Virus record (IMG/VR): IMGVR_UViG_3300042691_049071 | Origin: an uncultured virus (IMG/VR IMGVR_UViG_3300042691_049071) | Taxonomy: Duplodnaviria > Heunggongvirae > Uroviricota > Caudoviricetes | Strand: one strand, 5' to 3' | Length of the DNA stretch: 64,000 bases | In this document: positions 57,716-64,000 of the stretch, piece by piece | How positions within the stretch are numbered: the first letter of the stretch is position 1 | How the letters are laid out: each line of letters begins with the position of its first letter | Position numbers and translations under genes: made by a program | Notes under the pieces: generated by a model | Seen by the model: the letters and a program-made list of their open reading frames with translations, nothing else | What the model was told of the DNA's origin: nothing | Databases searched by the model: none

Positions 57716-58150
57716 ATGGTAAGTGTCAGGCGTTATTTAAGTTGCCCAGTTAGACCCTACGAAGAAGGGATGGCTCTATACTCTGATCGCCTGGGAAAAT
57801 GGTTTCACGATATCGGTGATGTCTGGGAATACTACGAAGATCAGATCGGAGAAGATGAGGATATTGATCTTGAATGGGCGGAAGCCAAGCAATCTCCTCA
57901 AGGTATTTGTGAAATGGCTCGCCTTTTCTTAGGTAGACCAGTTTATTTGCCGTGGGCTGAGATTGCTGAATTTGATCTACCTGATGGTGTTGACGATATC
58001 TCGGAAATACTGCCGCCAAGCCACGAGATCCGCGTAAAACTTGCCGAGTTAAACAAGCTGATCGAAGAAACAAAGCTGGTTGTTTGCTACGAGGAGTCTA
58101 GCTACCGCCCAGATCCAGAAACCTTGGACTTTAAGTGCGCGATCGCCTAA
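57716..58150 (+). CDS. Acidic hypothetical protein
   Basis: AGGAGG RBS; 144 aa. Confidence 0.65.
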   Translation: MVSVRRYLSCPVRPYEEGMALYSDRLGKWFHDIGDVWEYYEDQIGEDEDIDLEWAEAKQSPQGICEMARLFLGRPVYLPWAEIAEFDLPDGVDDISEILPPSHEIRVKLAELNKLIEETKLVVCYEESSYRPDPETLDFKCAIA

Positions 58151-58250
58151 GCCGCTTTTTCAGATCTGAATTACCGCAAAAGCACAATGAAAACTCGGCA
58201 GTTCGAGATTAAATTCAGAAACCATCCAGAACAGCAAGGAGCAAAAAGCA

Positions 58251-58817
58251 GTGATTGACAAAACAAGATTAGAAATAGCGAACAGGGTCTTAGTAGTACT
58301 CGGCGAGTCGTATCGTAAGACCGAGTTTGTAGTTAGCGATCGCAACCGACTTTGCCTGAACTGGTTTGATTATTATGGGAAAGCTCATTCCCGCCCTTGG
58401 GCAACAAGAGGTGGATCTTCATACCCAAGCTGGAGCGATAAACTGTCTTGCGGCGGCACGATGATGACGGCGATCGCGCAGTTGGCTTTATGGGTTCGAG
58501 GATTGCCTTGCTACCCCATCCAGACTTGGGAGTATTGGTGCGGAGAGACGGTTGGAATGAGAGGTGGGGAGAAAATTCTTCCGCTCTTAAGGAATAGTGG
58601 CTGTTATCCCGATGGACTTAGTTGCGCTTTTTGTGGGGCTAGGGATGGCAAGAGGGATTGGTATTGGTTCTCGCCTCACCCCAAGCATTCTGGGTTTGGA
58701 TGCCAGCGCCCAGAATGCCAGCCAATCAAAGATCTCAGAAATAGTCTAATCGACAAACAACAAAATCGCGTCAAAAGAATTTTATCCTTGCAACGCATCC
58801 CTGCTTCCGTAAAATAG
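58251..58817 (+). CDS. Trp/Cys-rich hypothetical protein
   Basis: 188-aa ORF; GGTMMTAIAQL; CAFC. Confidence 0.6.
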   Translation: MIDKTRLEIANRVLVVLGESYRKTEFVVSDRNRLCLNWFDYYGKAHSRPWATRGGSSYPSWSDKLSCGGTMMTAIAQLALWVRGLPCYPIQTWEYWCGETVGMRGGEKILPLLRNSGCYPDGLSCAFCGARDGKRDWYWFSPHPKHSGFGCQRPECQPIKDLRNSLIDKQQNRVKRILSLQRIPASVK

Positions 58818-58964
58818 TTTGATTAATAACGTAGATTTATGGCAATATTGACAGAAGCATTTCAAGAAAGATGAACAAACTAATTGCCTACTTGGTAAGC
58901 AAGATCGGATCTGCTTACCACTCTGCAAGATTCCTGCTATCTATACTTAAATTGGAATTTCCCC

Positions 58965-59279
58965 ATGTTAGACCCCATAGAGCTACAGGTCAGTATTTTC
59001 GAGATGGAGTTCACACAGGCGATCACGCACCAACCACTCCCAGAAGCAAGAAAAGCAGTAGCCGATTATTTGCAGCTACTGGAGTACAAGAAGGACTCGA
59101 TAATCAGGCTGAGACCTCAAGTGACATCCTTGGTTTCTGGACTGGAGACCCTCTCAATCGCTTTCTCCATACAGTCAACCGAAAGTCGGGAGGAACTCAA
59201 GGCGATCGCGGTAAGGATTTGCAGGATGTTGCTGAAGTTAAACATACTGCTCAAGGAAGCGGTGAGTGGGATCTGCTAA
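58965..59279 (+). CDS. Helical hypothetical protein nested in an alternative frame of 58871-59521
   Basis: Amphipathic helical composition; which frame is real is unresolved. Confidence 0.4.
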   Translation: MLDPIELQVSIFEMEFTQAITHQPLPEARKAVADYLQLLEYKKDSIIRLRPQVTSLVSGLETLSIAFSIQSTESREELKAIAVRICRMLLKLNILLKEAVSGIC

Positions 59280-59520
59280 AACCCCAGCAGCGTCAAGCTA
59301 TCATTCTTGATTTAATGCGGGAATGTCAGGCACAGGTCAAAGATGGTGTCTACCACATATTTACTACCCATGACATCGTAATGCTATGCGATCGCCCTGA
59401 CACTCACTGGGAAATCGTTTTTGAAGATTTATTGCAGCTCAATCGCGAGGAAAAAATATTGATTACCACTTTTTGCAATACGAAGGGCGAGCTGTGCGTC
59501 CCTTGCTGGGGGCTAAAGTA

Positions 59521-60795
59521 GTGAGAAAGCTAAAATATATTACTGTTTGTTCTGGCATAGAAGCCCAGTCTGCCGCATGGGATAAAGATTGGGAGGCGAT
59601 CGCGTTCTCAGATATTGACCCATTTTGTAACGCTTTCTTGGCTCACAAATATCCGTCAGTCCCGAATCTTGGAGACCTAAATAGTATCGACTGGAGCCAG
59701 ATCAAGGATGCCGACATCTTTATGGGGTCAACCCCCTGCCAAGCATTTTCTCTTGCTGGGAACCGTCTTTCTTTAGGCGATGCTCGCGGTCAATTAACAA
59801 AAACATTTGTGGAGGCATGGAATGAACTTACAGCTAGAGATCAATGCCCTATACTCTTCTGGGAAAACGTCGATGGAGTCCTGTCAACCCGCGACAACGC
59901 TTTTGGATGTATGCTCGCGGCAATTTTGGGAGAGGAAGAACCGTTGTCTTCTCGCAGAAGAAACGGCAAATGGTCGCGTTCAGGCTTTTTTCTTGGACAA
60001 CACCGTAGTGTCGCATACCGAGTTATCGATGCTCAATACTTTGGAGTACCCCAGCGAAGAAATCGAATCTTCCTCTGTGCGATCGATACTAGAGTCTTGG
60101 GAAAGTTATTCCCAGAAATACCCGCAAGCGAGTTATCAGGACTGGCAGGCGTACCAGCAGCGATACTATTTGAGCCAGAAGGCGAAAGACGGGTTGTTAC
60201 GAAGGTCAGCAACTCAAAAAGTAAGATTACCAAGACTGCTAAAACTAGCGCTGGAGAGCCACTTAACGTTTGTCGAGAAGAACTTCTGGCTGCTGCGATC
60301 GCTGATCATCTTAGCTTAGGTGTTGATGAACAGGACTGGCGATTAGCCAACGAAGAATCCGTAACTGGTCCTATTCTTGCAAACTGTGGCAAAAAACAAT
60401 GGCTTGGGAACCAAGAGGGTTTTTCTGGTCGTTACCACCTAGTCAGAGAAATCGCCTTTTCCTCCGTCGATAATGGCAGGGATGCTGGGAAGGTATGCCC
60501 ACCAATCAGGGCAGGTAAGCACGATCAAAGCTGGATGAATGGTCGAGGTGGCGGTGCAGCGATCGCAATGCAAGATACTCGAACCGCATACATTACTCGC
60601 CGTTTTACTCCAACCGAGTGTTTGCGACTGATGGGCTTTCCCGACGACTATCTTGACTTTGACTATCAAGGCAAACCTGCTAGCGATACTCGTAAGTACG
60701 CAGCGATCGGTAACAGTATCGCAGTGCCGTGTTTATCATGGCTGCAACGTCGGACAATAAAAGTATTAGATGCGATCGCGAAGAGTTTTAACTAG
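59521..60795 (+). CDS. DNA (cytosine-5) methyltransferase
   Basis: VCSGIEA, GSTPCQAFS, WENVDG, PQRRNRIF, RRFTPTECLRLMGFPD, GNS. GTG start inferred. Confidence 0.9.
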   Translation: MRKLKYITVCSGIEAQSAAWDKDWEAIAFSDIDPFCNAFLAHKYPSVPNLGDLNSIDWSQIKDADIFMGSTPCQAFSLAGNRLSLGDARGQLTKTFVEAWNELTARDQCPILFWENVDGVLSTRDNAFGCMLAAILGEEEPLSSRRRNGKWSRSGFFLGQHRSVAYRVIDAQYFGVPQRRNRIFLCAIDTRVLGKLFPEIPASELSGLAGVPAAILFEPEGERRVVTKVSNSKSKITKTAKTSAGEPLNVCREELLAAAIADHLSLGVDEQDWRLANEESVTGPILANCGKKQWLGNQEGFSGRYHLVREIAFSSVDNGRDAGKVCPPIRAGKHDQSWMNGRGGGAAIAMQDTRTAYITRRFTPTECLRLMGFPDDYLDFDYQGKPASDTRKYAAIGNSIAVPCLSWLQRRTIKVLDAIAKSFN

Positions 60796-60805
60796 AGAGA
60801 ATACT

Positions 60806-61018
60806 ATGGATGGCTCAACACGAATCAAATTTACTCTTGGGATTGGTTTTCAGTCAGACCAAGAGGATGTCTTTGACTTAGAAGGACTTATTGAAAATTG
60901 GGCGGAACTAAGCCAAGAGGATCTGGAAGAAGCTTTGTATAACGAATGGAAGAAATGGATATGGGAGTTTATTGATGGTGGATGGGAAATTGCTAAAGGC
61001 GAAGAGGCGAATGACTAA
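60806..61018 (+). CDS. Small acidic hypothetical protein
   Basis: Acidic, Trp-rich ORF. Confidence 0.55.
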   Translation: MDGSTRIKFTLGIGFQSDQEDVFDLEGLIENWAELSQEDLEEALYNEWKKWIWEFIDGGWEIAKGEEAND

Positions 61019-61086
61019 ATGATCGCCGATCAATGGTCGAAAGTTTTGCTTGAAAACATATAAAACTACCACAAAATTGAATTATC

Positions 61087-61281
61087 ATGAAGGAATCGGA
61101 TTTGGATAACGCGATCGCTTCCGCAAAGCTTTTCTTAGAGTTCGCGGAAGTGATGAAAGAGTATTTTCAAAACAATCCCAAGGCTGGAAATACCAACAAT
61201 ATATTCTATGGAGAGCAGAGAGGGCTGATCAAACATCAAGCTCGCATTCTCTCCCATTTTCTAGCAAAACTGAGGAAATGA
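61087..61281 (+). CDS. Hypothetical protein
   Basis: 64-aa ORF. Confidence 0.5.
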   Translation: MKESDLDNAIASAKLFLEFAEVMKEYFQNNPKAGNTNNIFYGEQRGLIKHQARILSHFLAKLRK

Positions 61282-61514
61282 TGACCCAGTATATACAGAC
61301 CGAATTCTGCCTTGATTTAAGGCGAGGTAATACCGAATCACTGCCTACATGGATGAAAAGCGTAGGAGATCGCCCACCAACTCTCCCTTTGAAACCACTC
61401 TCAATTCAATTACCATTATTCGATACCGCGTCCTATGTCTCAAAAGCTTCTACTAAAACCAAAGCCACCAGAGGCGATCGCCATAAACAGGTTGCTATTC
61501 CGACCCCGCAATAG
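61278..61514 (+). CDS. Hypothetical protein
   Basis: ATGA-coupled ORF. Confidence 0.45.
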   Translation: MMTQYIQTEFCLDLRRGNTESLPTWMKSVGDRPPTLPLKPLSIQLPLFDTASYVSKASTKTKATRGDRHKQVAIPTPQ

Positions 61515-61542
61515 TGAAAGCCCTAACCAGTCCCGCAGATTA

Positions 61543-61878
61543 ATGTCTGACGGGCTGGTTGCCCACTATCCAGTAAACGTCGAGGCGGATCTGGTGATTG
61601 CTGAGTGCATCTCCGAGATACTTCAGGAGCACCAGTCTTGCTTGGGTAAGGGCATCGATCACTTCGCGATCGCTATTTACTGGGGCAACAAGATTCGTAT
61701 TGAGGCAAAACCTCTTGAGCGACTACGTTGGCTTCAGGACTCCAACTGGAGAACTGATTTCTGGAAGACGTTAGGCGATCGGGCGGAGAGCTACAACCCC
61801 ACCACCCATCTCAATATCGGATATATCTCTGGAGATGGGTTGGGATGCACAAAATTACAGGCGATCATGGAGGTGTAA
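61543..61878 (+). CDS. Hypothetical protein
   Basis: Start uncertain (ATG 61435 or 61543). Confidence 0.5.
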   Translation: MSDGLVAHYPVNVEADLVIAECISEILQEHQSCLGKGIDHFAIAIYWGNKIRIEAKPLERLRWLQDSNWRTDFWKTLGDRAESYNPTTHLNIGYISGDGLGCTKLQAIMEV

Positions 61879-62078
61879 TGGAGACGATTGAACAGATTTG
61901 CTTTAATTGCAAGTATCTAGGATCTCAGCCCGTTACCGACACTTGGTTAAGAGTTGGAGACACTGACTACTGGTGCGACAACGAGGACGTTATTGAAGTA
62001 CCTCAGACCTTAGACCCCGATCTGATGGAGCACTACCCAGACACGTGCAAAAAATTTGAAGCGATCGTGGAGGCTTAG
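61878..62078 (+). CDS. Small Cys-rich protein
   Basis: CFNCKY..WC..TCKKFE; GGAGG RBS. Confidence 0.55.
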   Translation: METIEQICFNCKYLGSQPVTDTWLRVGDTDYWCDNEDVIEVPQTLDPDLMEHYPDTCKKFEAIVEA

Positions 62079-62701
62079 TGGGAGTTCTAGCAGATTGGCA
62101 AATCAAGTATTTGTGCAGAGACAATTCTTGGCAGATCCCTCGTCTCACCAAGCAGGACTTCTTGCACCCTAGCAGAATAAACACCATATTCAAGATGTGG
62201 TTTTGGAAAAATTTCTTGCCCATACCAGAAGTCCCTTTGGTAACGCCTTATATTCCAGAGAATGTGGGGTGCTCAAGCTTAGATATTTTTATCGGAGACA
62301 CGATCAAGAAGTCTACGCCTAACGGCTGGATTGATATCGATCTCAGTCAGGGGCAGAAATATGCGCTGCACTATGGCGAGTTCGTTCTAACTTCTGGGGT
62401 CGAAATATGCAATTTCCCCCGATGGATTGCCGCCTCAATCGACCTCAGATCCAGTTCTGCGAGATTGGGGTGTCAACACTTAAAGGCGGGGCACTGCGAA
62501 CCAGGTTGGCACGATTCGGTTCCAACACTGGAATTGATATGCGTTGACAAAAACCAGCCTTTTATTCTTGAAAAAGGCATGCGCGTATGTCAAATGATTT
62601 TTCAAACAATGGATGCGGAACCACTGGTTTCGTATGCCGAACATGGTCACTACAACGGCGATCGCACAGTACAGGAAGCTAAGCCAGATGCTACAAGATA
62701 A
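62078..62701 (+). CDS. dcd: dCTP deaminase
   Basis: LADWQI, SLDI, LRSSSARLG, AGHCEPGW, TLEL, GMRVCQMIF, Y..GHY. Confidence 0.9.
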   Translation: MGVLADWQIKYLCRDNSWQIPRLTKQDFLHPSRINTIFKMWFWKNFLPIPEVPLVTPYIPENVGCSSLDIFIGDTIKKSTPNGWIDIDLSQGQKYALHYGEFVLTSGVEICNFPRWIAASIDLRSSSARLGCQHLKAGHCEPGWHDSVPTLELICVDKNQPFILEKGMRVCQMIFQTMDAEPLVSYAEHGHYNGDRTVQEAKPDATR

Positions 62702-62901
62702 AGTCACCTTAGACAGCATTGTTGAAGAGTTAGAGAATGTTAGTACCAGAATAACCAGTGCTCCGCTTGTAGGTTACGACGAGACTGGGTCTTTGAGGTA
62801 CATAACAGCTTGGGATATCCACACAGTTGAAGAGGGTGAGGAGGATTTTCTTCCTTTTATTACTTCTGCCCGACTGGTTTTTAGATTTGGAGATATAGCC
62901 G

Positions 62902-63297
62902 ATGTCTGAATCCCACGTTAATTATTCAATCCCTGAGCCACCCCCGATCGCCACCGATGAACCCGCAATCATCGACCTAGCAATCGAGGATATCGAAACC
63001 TATGGTGGTGAATTTAAAATACTTATTCCCCACCTGCGCGATCGCCTAGCTATGGGTATAGATAAACATGGCACTCCCCTCCAGAAGTCCAACGGGCGAA
63101 ATCACAGGATTGATGGATTTCAAGAGCTTGAAGATTTTATTGCTTACATGAAGCAAGGTCTTGAGCGAGGAGACGAGGAGATGAGGTGGTTTTACTACCA
63201 AGGACTCATCCTTGCTTCCGACTTTGCCGAACTCTTAGAGGGCAAGCAATTTAACTACAACGTCAAAAAGAAAACCATACTAAGACCAAACGAATAG
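62902..63297 (+). CDS. All-alpha NTP pyrophosphatase-like (MazG-type) protein
   Basis: RLAMGIDKHGTPL..NGRN..DGFQELEDFIAY. Confidence 0.5.
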   Translation: MSESHVNYSIPEPPPIATDEPAIIDLAIEDIETYGGEFKILIPHLRDRLAMGIDKHGTPLQKSNGRNHRIDGFQELEDFIAYMKQGLERGDEEMRWFYYQGLILASDFAELLEGKQFNYNVKKKTILRPNE

Positions 63298-63303
63298 GAA
63301 CTA

Positions 63304-63675
63304 GTGATGACCACAAGAAAAAAGACCGCGATCGCGCAACAAGTCGATTCCAGCACAAGCGTAACCACTTCGGAAGTGGTTGATTTTGCCTTGATTGCCG
63401 AAGCGATCGCCTTTAAAACCCACGATGCTATACGAAACTCAAGATCTGCTGATTCTCTATATGCGGAGAAGGCTTCCGAAGTGGCGATCGGTGATTTAGT
63501 CGCGAACATTTCCGATCTAACCGTGGGTGCTAGCTGTCTAGATAGCGTCGGCACGGTACTGGAGATTCGGGATGGCGAAATCGAAGTTCGTCGTATAGAC
63601 GGAGTTACTCGATATGTGCTTCCCGCGATCGGTACTTATGTTGCGGCAAAGGGAGGTAAGGATGTTTCAGTATGA
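63304..63675 (+). CDS. Hypothetical protein
   Basis: 123-aa ORF. Confidence 0.55.
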   Translation: MMTTRKKTAIAQQVDSSTSVTTSEVVDFALIAEAIAFKTHDAIRNSRSADSLYAEKASEVAIGDLVANISDLTVGASCLDSVGTVLEIRDGEIEVRRIDGVTRYVLPAIGTYVAAKGGKDVSV

Positions 63676-64000
63676 AGCAACAATTGTTGCCGACAGCCTA
63701 AATCCGTGGGGGACGAGGCTGACCTCCTTTGTTCTTACCTATCCACGGTTTATACATGCAGAAATGTTGCGGCACAGAGTCTTTTCTCGCTGTGTATCAA
63801 GTTCACGGGCTATTCCGATCGCCAAGATGATCAAAGCTGTCGAAGAAGCCGATCTGTATCCAGTCTTTTGGGGTGCAGCGCAAAAAGGCATGGCAGCTGA
63901 CTATGAGATTAAAGAGGAAGACAAATGGTACGCGATCGCTATATGGGACGAGCACAGAAAAGCGACTATAAAAGCGGTTAAAAAGCTCTCTGATGTAGGT
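63662..64000 (+). CDS. thyX: FAD-dependent thymidylate synthase, 5' part (runs off the window; not in ORF track)
   Basis: Manual translation MFQYEATIVADSLNPWGTRLTSFVLTYPRFIHAEMLRHRVFSRCVSSSRAIP (RHRxxS signature); GGAGG RBS. Confidence 0.85.
   Translation, partial: MFQYEATIVADSLNPWGTRLTSFVLTYPRFIHAEMLRHRVFSRCVSSSRAIPIAKMIKAVEEADLYPVFWGAAQKGMAADYEIKEEDKWYAIAIWDEHRKATIKAVKKLSDVG

Overview
The whole 64 kb looks like part of a large temperate cyanophage or prophage. The cyanobacterial HIP1 octamer GCGATCGC occurs many dozens of times, against about one expected by chance. No host housekeeping cluster, integrase or terminase was recognised in the window. From about 0.5 to 44.7 kb there is a mostly minus-strand, unusually scrambled virion module: a ~2900-aa tape measure, DUF2184-type major capsid, DUF2213-type protease/scaffold, DUF1073-type portal, Mu gp30/gp31-like head genes and putative tail genes. 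This module is interrupted by plus-strand islands: regulators, a fibre/decoration block, and a protein + ncRNA cassette. From about 46.8 to 64 kb lie early and replication genes: Dam and C5 methyltransferases, DnaG, an HNH-containing initiator, DnaB, dCTP deaminase and ThyX running off the end. There is one complete IS200/IS605 element (tnpA + tnpB), the end of a second at the left edge, and a tnpB remnant. Best novelty candidates: (1) a 243-aa protein gene followed by a ~380-nt structured ncRNA containing two circularly permuted tRNA-like domains and phased hexamer repeats (41.2-42.3 kb); (2) a dispersed family of putative capsid-cargo proteins that share an RxD/Cys-knuckle/Gly-Ala-helix leader but carry different payloads; (3) HIP1 sites placed exactly at gene boundaries. 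A Tad2-like anti-defence sponge gene sits in the head operon. All family assignments are from motif recognition by eye; no database search was run.
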